From: Deltaproteobacteria bacterium
Lineage (GTDB): Bacteria; Myxococcota_C; UBA6777
Assembly (NCBI GenBank): GCA_006226375.1
Contig: SBHC01000009.1
Span: 14,527-78,526, forward strand
DNA: 64,000 nt
Direction: 5' to 3'
This document shows, piece by piece, positions 9,001-16,917 of the stretch. Each line of letters begins with the position of its first letter. The stretch's first letter is position 1. A program made the translations under genes and the position numbers. Below the pieces are notes generated by a model. The model did no database searches and was not told the origin of the DNA. It was given only the letters and a program-made list of their open reading frames with translations.

Positions 9001-9729
9001 TCAATACCCTTCTGCGACCAGCTTGGGGAGAGTCGCCAAAAGATCAGGGTCACGAACCACAGGACCATGACCAGGAACCCATAGATACGGTGGATGCTTC
9101 GCAAGCTGCTCTTGCAACCAGGCCGAAAAAGCAGCCTGGTCTTTCACAAGAACAACCTTCCCGCCCAAAACATTCACAGCAAGCCCTGCCTTAAAGCGTA
9201 ACATCCACAAGAAGAACCGCAAGAAGGGGTTACGGGGCATGCTGGGAAAGTTGGTAATCAGATCGTTTACATACCAAACCGTCCCCTGCGACGTATGGAT
9301 CCACACAATCAAATCGGGTCGCTTGAGATGGGGTGGAACAAAGCACTCTATGTGTGACGGAAGCTGGTCTTGAAGTTCAGACAACGGCCGCCACTGCTCT
9401 GGATTGGGACTCACAGCGCAAACACGCTTTCGTGCCCTCTCGTCCGAATACAACTTGGCTTCGGGGTAGCGCTTCTGCGCGTCGGAAATCCCCGCTCGAT
9501 GAAAACCACACGGAGGCACGATCGCGGTCACGACGCCCAGCTCGCCCAAAGCATCGTAAAGCTGATCGATGTCATCGCATTTGGGAGGACTAATGAGCAT
9601 CAACTCTTGTTCCCGAAAACGCAAGACACAGCTTGTCGCAACTCGGGCAGGATCATCACTGTTTTGGACCAAAGGGTAATCCATGCGCCACAAATCAAGG
9701 GTGTCATCCACACGTTCCCACTGTCTCAT
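9001..9729 (-). CDS. DUF4336-like (metallo-beta-lactamase-fold related) protein
   Basis: 242 aa. The block LGELGVVTAIVPPCGFHRAGISDAQKRYPEAKLY resembles the DUF4336 pattern (V.yIV.P...H......yP.AklY). The gene is divergent from an AraC regulator. Confidence 0.4.
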   Translation of the reverse strand: MRQWERVDDTLDLWRMDYPLVQNSDDPARVATSCVLRFREQELMLISPPKCDDIDQLYDALGELGVVTAIVPPCGFHRAGISDAQKRYPEAKLYSDERARKRVCAVSPNPEQWRPLSELQDQLPSHIECFVPPHLKRPDLIVWIHTSQGTVWYVNDLITNFPSMPRNPFLRFFLWMLRFKAGLAVNVLGGKVVLVKDQAAFSAWLQEQLAKHPPYLWVPGHGPVVRDPDLLATLPKLVAEGY

Positions 9730-9957
9730 TCCATCTCCCTTTCATAACAAACGCTTACGATTTCTGTGTATGCTTCTGTGTGGTGCAAGATCCACTCCAA
9801 CTTCAACGCCTTACTCACTTGACTCGCAAACCCTGGCGGCACAAGAAAATGACGTCATTGGATAGGAAACTGGCGTGATGCGCTAGTGACACTTTGGCAG
9901 CACCTTTGTATACTTTTGAAAGACACAATGACAAACACCGCACGATAGGGTGGGACC

Positions 9958-10959
9958 ATGACAACAACCAAAACATTTCTGCTTGATAATGCATGGCGTC
10001 TTGTGTTGGTCGACCTGGGTATCGATCCCGCGTCGGTGCTCAAGCGAGCAAGCCTACCAGCCGACTTGTTTGTGCGTGGAGACATTCGCTTGCCTCCAGG
10101 AGATTTCTTTCGGCTTTGGGACAGCGTTGCAGCCGAAGTCAATGACCCATTGTTTCCCCTCACTTTGGGTCAACTCATCTCCGTAGAGCACTTCAGTCCG
10201 CCGCTGTTTGCAGCGTTTTGCAGTTCCAACATGAACCAAGCAGTGCAACGTTTGGGGCAATACAAAGCCATCATTGGACCGATGCGACTGAGCCTTGAGA
10301 GACAACAAGACACGTCACATATCTCCATTGAATTCCTCAACGTGATGGAGACACCACCCGATTTGCTCGTGATGTTTGAGCTTATTTTTCAAGTGCATTT
10401 GGCGCGGCTGGCGACACGCGAGAGGATACGACCTGTACGAGTCATCTCCACGGCAGCCTTCCCCACGTCCACAGATGCCTACCGCGAGTATTTTGGCGTC
10501 CAACCGGAGCAAGGCGACACCAACGCCGTTGTGCTCTCCCGGATCGACGCCGAGCGGCCATTCCTCACAGCCAATGAGTCCATGTGGAACTTCTTTGAAC
10601 CCGAACTACGCAGACGACTCTCCGAGTTAAACGAAGAGGCATCCATGTCCGAACGAGTGGGCAGCGTGCTCCTAGAAATGCTTCCCGGAGGACATAGCTC
10701 CATCGGAGAAGTCTCACGGCAGCTTCGCGTGAGCACAAGAACCTTGCAACGACGGCTCAAAAGCGAAGGAACCAACTTCCAAAGCTTGTTGAACGAAAGC
10801 CGCGAACAACTCGCTCGTCACTACCTGAAACACTCGTCACTGTCTGGCGCAGAGATCTCCTTTTTGCTCGGATTTGACGAGCCCAACTCGTTCTTCCGCG
10901 CCTTCCAAAACTGGACAGGGCAAACCCCCGAACGAGTTCGCGCAGCCTACCAACATTAA
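9958..10959 (+). CDS. AraC-family transcriptional regulator with N-terminal AraC-type effector-binding domain
   Basis: The C-terminal double HTH is SIGEVSRQLRVSTRTLQRRLKSEGTNFQSLL...GAEISFLLGFDEPNSFFRAFQNWTGQTP. Confidence 0.85.
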   Translation: MTTTKTFLLDNAWRLVLVDLGIDPASVLKRASLPADLFVRGDIRLPPGDFFRLWDSVAAEVNDPLFPLTLGQLISVEHFSPPLFAAFCSSNMNQAVQRLGQYKAIIGPMRLSLERQQDTSHISIEFLNVMETPPDLLVMFELIFQVHLARLATRERIRPVRVISTAAFPTSTDAYREYFGVQPEQGDTNAVVLSRIDAERPFLTANESMWNFFEPELRRRLSELNEEASMSERVGSVLLEMLPGGHSSIGEVSRQLRVSTRTLQRRLKSEGTNFQSLLNESREQLARHYLKHSSLSGAEISFLLGFDEPNSFFRAFQNWTGQTPERVRAAYQH

Positions 10960-10975
10960 GGGGAGTTGTAGGTTC

Positions 10976-11740
10976 TCAGGTGGACCAAGTGGGGCGATTG
11001 AGGGCTTGCTCGATCGGCGTAACGGCAGGATCCAAAGCATCGGGAGTAAGGAGAGTTCCCTTGTTCACAGCCGTCAAGACGTAGCGTTCTTGCTGAACAC
11101 GAAACACACGGTGGATCACGATTTGGTTGTCGTCGTCACGGAGAACCACGGCCATCGGCGTAGGTTGCCCGCTCTCGGCGATGCGGTCAAACATCGAGAC
11201 CAGCAGGGAAGACACACCAGCGAACATGTCCGTATCTTCGGCGCTGTTGTTGGTCGCCAGCGGCAGACCCACTTCGTCACTCAGCAGCACGGTGGTAAAC
11301 CCACCTTCCGTTGCGATAGCATTCAAAAGCACAGGCAGACCACGGCGGTCGTCCGAGTCATGGGCTGGCAATGCAGAGAGAGCCAACTCACGACGCTCAC
11401 GCTCCACAATGGGAGCCAACACCTCCTGCAAGGTCTCCTTCAAGCTCGCTTCATCAGCTTGACGCTGCGAGAATGACTGCATCGCCTTCCTTAATTCTTC
11501 CTCCAGCACCTGTGAATGTTGGGCCTGCTCTGAGAGAGGCTGCAAGATGTGGTTCAGTTGATGTTGCATCGCTTCCAACACGGGCGTTGCGATACGTTGT
11601 GCCAATTTTTCTTCTTGTTCTTCCAGAGCTTCTCGCAGTTGGTCTCGTTCACTGCGTCCTTGTCGGATGCCCCATAAATATCCAGAGAGCAGCAACAAAG
11701 CGGCTCCTCCCAGAGTAAAGAACAGTGCAGAGGGTGTCAT
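10976..11740 (-). CDS. membrane-anchored coiled-coil protein with C-terminal Roadblock/LC7-like domain
   Basis: N-terminal TM helix (ALFFTLGGAALLLLSGYLWGI), then a Glu/Gln-rich helical region. The C-terminus reads LLNAIATEGGFTTVLLSDEVGLPLATN...VSSLLVSMFDRI...AVVLRDDDNQIVIHRV. Its start overlaps the upstream gene by 4 nt. Confidence 0.55.
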   Translation of the reverse strand: MTPSALFFTLGGAALLLLSGYLWGIRQGRSERDQLREALEEQEEKLAQRIATPVLEAMQHQLNHILQPLSEQAQHSQVLEEELRKAMQSFSQRQADEASLKETLQEVLAPIVERERRELALSALPAHDSDDRRGLPVLLNAIATEGGFTTVLLSDEVGLPLATNNSAEDTDMFAGVSSLLVSMFDRIAESGQPTPMAVVLRDDDNQIVIHRVFRVQQERYVLTAVNKGTLLTPDALDPAVTPIEQALNRPTWST

Positions 11741-12480
11741 AATTGTTCCTCACGACGTTGGCGTTCGCAGGACTCGTAACCGGGAACGTTCAACACAACA
11801 CGACGTTGGTTCCCACGAACGTTGCGCGCTCGTTGGTTGTCCAGGTTCCCTCGAGCTTCCAAACGAATGCGTTGAGAGGGGAAGCCTTCCTTTAATAACA
11901 GGGCCTGGACGGTCTGCGCGCGGTGATAGCTGAGCAATAAGTTATAGGCTTTGGCCCCTTTTCCATCAGCGTAACCTCGCAGCACCAACGTTGTATCGTT
12001 GTGCTTCTTAAACCACGCTTTTAAAGAACGCCATTTGGAGCGCCGGATAGGAAAAGGCTGCTTTTTGTTCTTCCCAAAGAACAGCACAAACAAGGGGGGA
12101 CAATCCTTGGGTTGTGCCTGCTTCGTTGTGTGGGAAGCAAGAACCACAAGCCGCGGATTCGGCGAAACTGGCGCAGGAGAAGTCACATCCGCTCTCACAG
12201 CAGGCGCTGTCTCTTTGTTTTCGGCAGCATGGCTCTCAGGCTTGCCTTGCGCCAAAGTGTTGGGCGCTGATGGTTTTGCCTTGGAGGACGTCGAAGGTGA
12301 AACAACATCACGCACCTTCATGGGAGCTGAAGCTTCGGGTGAAGGAGAAACCTGAGCAAGCCACCCACCTGTGACAAACAAGGCGGCGCCAAGAACGGTT
12401 GTGACCCAGGGAGTCAGAAGTGACAGATCTTCGCCCCAAAGCGACACAGCAACCGGTGGGATCAACGCGTTGCGATTCAT
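11737..12480 (-). CDS. OmpA-family peptidoglycan-binding protein, TM-anchored
   Basis: The C-terminal OmpA-like block is LVLRGYADGKGAKAYNLLLSYHRAQTVQALLLKEGFPSQRIRLEARG...NRRVVLNV. The gene has 4-nt overlaps on both sides. Confidence 0.75.
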   Translation of the reverse strand: MNRNALIPPVAVSLWGEDLSLLTPWVTTVLGAALFVTGGWLAQVSPSPEASAPMKVRDVVSPSTSSKAKPSAPNTLAQGKPESHAAENKETAPAVRADVTSPAPVSPNPRLVVLASHTTKQAQPKDCPPLFVLFFGKNKKQPFPIRRSKWRSLKAWFKKHNDTTLVLRGYADGKGAKAYNLLLSYHRAQTVQALLLKEGFPSQRIRLEARGNLDNQRARNVRGNQRRVVLNVPGYESCERQRREEQL

Positions 12481-13859
12481 GAGTCCTCCTTCTCAATCAA
12501 CACATGAAGACGCTTCAAGTTCGCAGTGACACTGGGATGGTCGGGCTGCAAACGATGAGCCTCTTCAAAGATAGCTTTGGCTTTGATGTAATCCTTGGAA
12601 AGCAACGCCTCCAGGCCGTCATCAAGGAGCCGCTCAAAGGTTGTCGAATAGCTGGATGTATAGCTCGGCTCCGGTGAGGAAGAGAGGCTAGAGATGGTTG
12701 GAGAGTTTGCATAGGAACCCAACCGTACGTCGTCCAGGGAAGACGATGAAGGAGGGTCATCCAAGTTTCTCTCATAGTCGCGCAAACGACGGGCAGCCTT
12801 CTCGTACTCGAACTCCCGAGGAGAGGTGCTGTACGAACGGTCCAACACGCTGGAGCTTGCTGGCTTTGTCTCGTCATCAAGACCCTTCAAAGGGACGTTG
12901 TTTCCAAACGGCTCAACAAAGGCAGCAGCAGGAACAACAGTGCTCTCGGTGGCCTCCACTTTCGGAGGCTGCATCCAGCTGTTCGACGCCGCCTCCAAGT
13001 TATCCAGGGAGCTATCCCAATTTTCGCTCATGGTTGCGATGGCGTCCTGGATTTCATGCTGGGGAAGCAAGTCGGCCGATTGCAGATCGGTCCAACTCTG
13101 CTGTGCAGCGAGAAATTCATCGCTGTACATACCAGTGCTGAATGTTGGATTGTCAGGGTCTTCGTCGAAGGAGCGCGCGGCATCCAAGAGAATGCCTTCC
13201 CAATGGCCTGTTATGTTTTGCGGCCCAGGCTCTTTTCGCAGCGCGGAACATTGCACCGAAAGATCTTCGGCAAACATCATCCGGTAGACCGCTTCTTTGC
13301 CACCACCCTTTGCATCCACCGCCGACCAGAGCTGCCCTGCGTGAATCACGATTCGACCGTAAAATTCGCCCTTGTGGTGCATCAACACTTCCACCGAGTG
13401 TTGTCCCACACAAGCCATTTGAATGTAGTCAGGCAAAGCAAAAGGCAGCGCACCCGAGCTGCTCTCAAGCTCCAGCTTTTTCTCTACGATCTCACGCAAC
13501 TTGTGAAGCGAGAGTGGCTTCTCAAACACTTCAATGTTGCCAGCCCGCGGGATCCTCTCCGAGAAGTGGTCCACGAAGGCAGAGATAAATACAACCGACG
13601 CATGGGTGTGATGGGTGTCGAGCATTTGCAACACTTCGACACCAACGCCATCAGGAAGGTCCAGATCCGAAAGAACCAGGCGAGGTTGAATACGCTCCAA
13701 GATCTGAGACGCCTCAGCCAAGGTTCCGGCGCTGAAGACCTCGATCGACTCCACTTTCGAGAGGCCTCGGACCATAGACGAACGTAAGATCGGCTCGTCT
13801 TCAATGATCAAGACAGCCGGAGCTTCGACCACAGCTTCGGTAGAGTCAGCGAATTGCAT
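12477..13859 (-). CDS. response-regulator receiver + DUF4388-like domain + Ser-rich linker + TPR protein
   Basis: The REC domain reads VLIIEDEPILRS...RLVLSDLDLPDGVG. The DUF4388-like block reads LPDYIQMACVGQHSVEVLMHHKGEFYGRIVIHAGQLWSAVD...GKEAVYRMM. A C-terminal TPR-like helix pair follows. ATG 13859 overlaps the upstream stop (TGATG); the track ORF extends to 13910. Confidence 0.7.
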   Translation of the reverse strand: MQFADSTEAVVEAPAVLIIEDEPILRSSMVRGLSKVESIEVFSAGTLAEASQILERIQPRLVLSDLDLPDGVGVEVLQMLDTHHTHASVVFISAFVDHFSERIPRAGNIEVFEKPLSLHKLREIVEKKLELESSSGALPFALPDYIQMACVGQHSVEVLMHHKGEFYGRIVIHAGQLWSAVDAKGGGKEAVYRMMFAEDLSVQCSALRKEPGPQNITGHWEGILLDAARSFDEDPDNPTFSTGMYSDEFLAAQQSWTDLQSADLLPQHEIQDAIATMSENWDSSLDNLEAASNSWMQPPKVEATESTVVPAAAFVEPFGNNVPLKGLDDETKPASSSVLDRSYSTSPREFEYEKAARRLRDYERNLDDPPSSSSLDDVRLGSYANSPTISSLSSSPEPSYTSSYSTTFERLLDDGLEALLSKDYIKAKAIFEEAHRLQPDHPSVTANLKRLHVLIEKEDS

Positions 13860-14620
13860 CACACACGTCCCGGAATCTGGAAGATATCCTGCATAATGTC
13901 TGCGCCACACTGCAAGTTTTCCATGTAGTCGAGAAACTTCCCAACCATCTCTTTGCCCTGGAACATAGCTCCGTGTTGGGGTGCAATGATCTCAATGTCG
14001 AGCTGACGCACCATCTTCACCCACGGACGCAGCGCAGCGTTGCACGCCATGTAACGACGGTGAAATCCATCCATGTACTGCAAGTGCTGCTCAAAGTCGG
14101 AAACATAGATATAGTCCATGCCCAACGAAGCCCCCAAGTCACCGGTGTACAAGATCTTGGAGACCGGGTCATACACATGAAAGTTTCCACACGAGTGGAG
14201 AAAGTGAGCCGGCAACACCAGCAACTCCAGACCCGCCAGATTCATCACCATGCCTTCATCAGGGATCGGCAACAGACGCTCTTCCACCAAACGATCCAGG
14301 CCGAAGTGAGGGACAAATCGGACCCACAGTTTGGAGATATAAGCCGAGGCATCTGTCGTCATCAGCCAACCGTTGGCCGCCGCGATAATGTCGGGGTCTT
14401 GGTGCGATAGAAACAGGTACTTCAGCTTGCTGCGTCCCAACAAATGGGTCGTTTCGCTCAGCACCTTCGTGTACACCTTGTGTCCACCGGGATCGAGAAT
14501 CATTCCCTCACCGTTGTGGATAATCACGTGTTGGTTGGCCTGAACAGCAAGGCCATGACCAAAGTCTTCCAACAAAACGTTGCGGTGTTCACCTTGTTCA
14601 AATAGCATAGTATTGGGCAT
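13859..14620 (-). CDS. FprA/ODP-like di-iron metallo-beta-lactamase-fold protein without flavodoxin domain
   Basis: RBS GGGGAGAG lies 8 nt before ATG 14620. FLSHQDPDI aligns with the flavodiiron HxExDH site. AHFLHSCGNFHVYDPVSKILYTGDLGAS parallels the flavodiiron block (A)H.LHWP.S...Y....ILFS.DAFG. Confidence 0.55.
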   Translation of the reverse strand: MPNTMLFEQGEHRNVLLEDFGHGLAVQANQHVIIHNGEGMILDPGGHKVYTKVLSETTHLLGRSKLKYLFLSHQDPDIIAAANGWLMTTDASAYISKLWVRFVPHFGLDRLVEERLLPIPDEGMVMNLAGLELLVLPAHFLHSCGNFHVYDPVSKILYTGDLGASLGMDYIYVSDFEQHLQYMDGFHRRYMACNAALRPWVKMVRQLDIEIIAPQHGAMFQGKEMVGKFLDYMENLQCGADIMQDIFQIPGRV

Positions 14621-14771
14621 GATGCACTCTCCCCGGAGACACACAACACAAGGCTCAGGTATCTCCGTTACAAAACCTGGATGTAGAAGTGGGTCAGGAT
14701 AGCTTACCTGGGTCAGGTTGAGCGATCTCTTTCACTTGTCTTTCAGGAACACAAAACGCGCGTTTCGTCGG

Positions 14772-15137
14772 TTACAACACACGCTTAATGTCGGCTGCAG
14801 CTCGACGCATATCCAGAAAGATAAGACCGAGCTTGGCGGCTTTGTTGGTGAGAACAAGCAGCAAGGTACCCTCCCCTGCTGTCAGCATCACAGCATAACC
14901 ATCATCGCCGCGCACCAGAATTTCTTGAACGGTGCCGCGCTCCAGTTCGACGGCAGCTCGTGTTCCAAGACTGATCAACGTCGCACTCATACCAGCCACG
15001 CGGGTTTCGTCCACATGAGCAGGCAAAGCGCTCGCAATCATCAGTCCATCTTCAGAGATCAGCGCGCTAGCTTCAACGTCGGGGGATCCACTTTGCAGCG
15101 CTCGCAGAATTTTATTGAGATGTTCAACTCGTGACAT
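14772..15137 (-). CDS. Roadblock/LC7 (MglB-like) domain protein
   Basis: 121 aa. LNKILRALQSGSPDVEASALISEDGLMIASAL...AGMSATLISLGTRA...VRGDDGYAVMLTAGEGTLLLVL follows the typical Robl_LC7 pattern. Confidence 0.7.
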   Translation of the reverse strand: MSRVEHLNKILRALQSGSPDVEASALISEDGLMIASALPAHVDETRVAGMSATLISLGTRAAVELERGTVQEILVRGDDGYAVMLTAGEGTLLLVLTNKAAKLGLIFLDMRRAAADIKRVL

Positions 15138-15278
15138 TGCTGTCCTCCTACCTCACAACCTGAGTTTGGTTAGCTACACGTGACAAACCAAACGTACCTC
15201 CCTTCCCTGGGGATGTAGAACGGTACGTTGGTCGCAAACTTAAGTACTTCCGTTCGATAGCACGAAAAAAGCTATCAT

Positions 15279-15821
15279 TTACTTACGAGGAAGCTTGATA
15301 ATATTCTCGATCAAGGTCCTTTTCATACCGGTAAACTCGGTAATACGGTCCAGGCGATCTTCCTGGTACGACAGGTTGACAATAGCTAAGTCCAGGTCAA
15401 GGACCTTCAGCAAGCTACCTGTATATCTGGCGACATCATTGGGGTCTTGAAACTCTTCAGCGATGGCTTTGACCCCCAACACTCGGATCAAATTCATCAC
15501 GCCTTCCACCCAATGGGGAGACAGACCGATACGAACATGGGCCAAACCAATGCGCCAACGTTCCTCGATGTAACCCGACCCATAATCCCCATCAAACAAG
15601 CGAGCAAACCACTTGGCGTGTGTTCCTTTGAGGTGGTCAACGCGTCCTTCGATCAGCGCGGCGGTCTCGGGATGTTCGGCCAAGCTTTTGTAGAAGTAGT
15701 CGGTGATCGCCGCTTGGTGCCGAGCCATGATCGGACCAAGGATTTTGAGATTGTCTGCATCTTCTGGACTCAGGCCTGTGAGCGCCTGAAAGTCTTGAAT
15801 TGGCTGCTGGGAGGTTTGCAT
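15279..15821 (-). CDS. stand-alone protoglobin / globin-coupled-sensor type heme domain protein
   Basis: RBS GGAGAG lies 8 nt before ATG 15821; the track ORF starts at GTG 15836. AITDYFYKSLAEHPETAALI...HLKGTHAKWFARLF...RIGLAHVRIGLSPHWV matches sensor-globin/protoglobin blocks, including the proximal His context. No output domain is fused. Confidence 0.7.
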   Translation of the reverse strand: MQTSQQPIQDFQALTGLSPEDADNLKILGPIMARHQAAITDYFYKSLAEHPETAALIEGRVDHLKGTHAKWFARLFDGDYGSGYIEERWRIGLAHVRIGLSPHWVEGVMNLIRVLGVKAIAEEFQDPNDVARYTGSLLKVLDLDLAIVNLSYQEDRLDRITEFTGMKRTLIENIIKLPRK

Positions 15822-15891
15822 CGTTGATCTCTCCACTCAGGGTTTTCCATCCCTCGGGGGGATGTTCCAGTTTCATCGTTCCTATCGGTTC

Positions 15892-16908
15892 TCAAGAGGC
15901 GGCAGAACCTCGGTTTTCACCAGTCAGGGGAAGGGACACTGTGATGGTAGTGCCCACCCCTTCTTCGCTCTCCACCCAAAAGGTGCCTCCTGCGGCTTCT
16001 ACGGTTCGCGAACACAAGGCCAGCCCTACGCCAGTGCCGCGAGGTTTCGTCGAATAAAACAACTCTGTGCAATGCTTCAAAACATGGGGGGACATACCTT
16101 TGCCTGTATCGATCACCTTCAACTGAAAGAGCGTTTTGTCGATCAGGTCGGCCTGCACCACGACCCGGCCTCCTGGAGAACACGCTTGAATGGCGTTGCT
16201 AATCAGGTTGAACGCGATCGCATCCAAGACGGACGGTGAGAGCGGTAGCAGCGGCATAAGCGCAACTTTGCTCACCACAGAGACGCGCGTTTTGGAGGCT
16301 GTCCGGTTCATAATCCGGATCACATCTTCAATGTGGTAGTCAATCGCATGATGCTTCTTGCTCCGTAGATTCTTGCCGACAGACCCGATGCCGTGCAGGG
16401 TCAAGCTCATCCTACGAACTTCCATCAAAATGGCGTGCAGATCCATCGAAATGGACTCGTTGCTCTCCTCGATCAACAGCTGAACCACAGACTCAATCGC
16501 GGCGAGAGGATTGCGCAGTTCGTGCAAGATGGTGGGCAACATGTCGTTGAGGGTGGCCAGCTGAAGAAGCTTTTCGTGCTCGCGACGCAACGCCTCCACT
16601 TCATGGTCATCTCGCAGCCAACACACGCTGTAACCTTGCAACTCAGAGCGGCACTCGTCGGCAAAAGGAACCACCGTCGCATGAACGGTTTGCTCTGTTT
16701 TCACATCCTGAATTTGGAAGACAGACGTGGATTCTTCTTCGCTGTCACTCAAGCTCTCGACATCGCTCCAAGAACACACACGATCCCTCAGCTCACTCCA
16801 ATCTTTTTGGAGCACTTCGAGAGCATGCACATTGGCGTAACAAAGGGCCTTTCGTTCATCCAAGATCAAAACCCCAACAGGGAGCGAACGCAGCGCCTGC
16901 TTCCACAT
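15892..16908 (-). CDS. PAS sensor histidine kinase (soluble)
   Basis: The PAS-like N-terminus reads LPVGVLILDERKALCYAN. The H-box is ILHELRNPLAAI, and the ATPase blocks are NLISNAIQAC, VIDTGKGM and GTGVGLAL. Confidence 0.85.
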   Translation of the reverse strand: MWKQALRSLPVGVLILDERKALCYANVHALEVLQKDWSELRDRVCSWSDVESLSDSEEESTSVFQIQDVKTEQTVHATVVPFADECRSELQGYSVCWLRDDHEVEALRREHEKLLQLATLNDMLPTILHELRNPLAAIESVVQLLIEESNESISMDLHAILMEVRRMSLTLHGIGSVGKNLRSKKHHAIDYHIEDVIRIMNRTASKTRVSVVSKVALMPLLPLSPSVLDAIAFNLISNAIQACSPGGRVVVQADLIDKTLFQLKVIDTGKGMSPHVLKHCTELFYSTKPRGTGVGLALCSRTVEAAGGTFWVESEEGVGTTITVSLPLTGENRGSAAS

Positions 16909-16917
16909 ACTCGCCCC

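Noticed and set aside
13056-13787. 243-aa plus-strand ORF antisense to the REC-DUF4388 gene. The same pattern occurs at 2710-3387, 10874-11476, 25316-26191, 26341-26967, 30447-31076, 41632-42597, 45400-46125, 51862-52629, 54762-55403, 57097-57975 and 60418-61029.
   Set aside because: All lie fully within and antisense to genes with clear family motifs. Their translations are Arg/Ser/Pro-rich with no recognisable domains. These are typical shadow ORFs.
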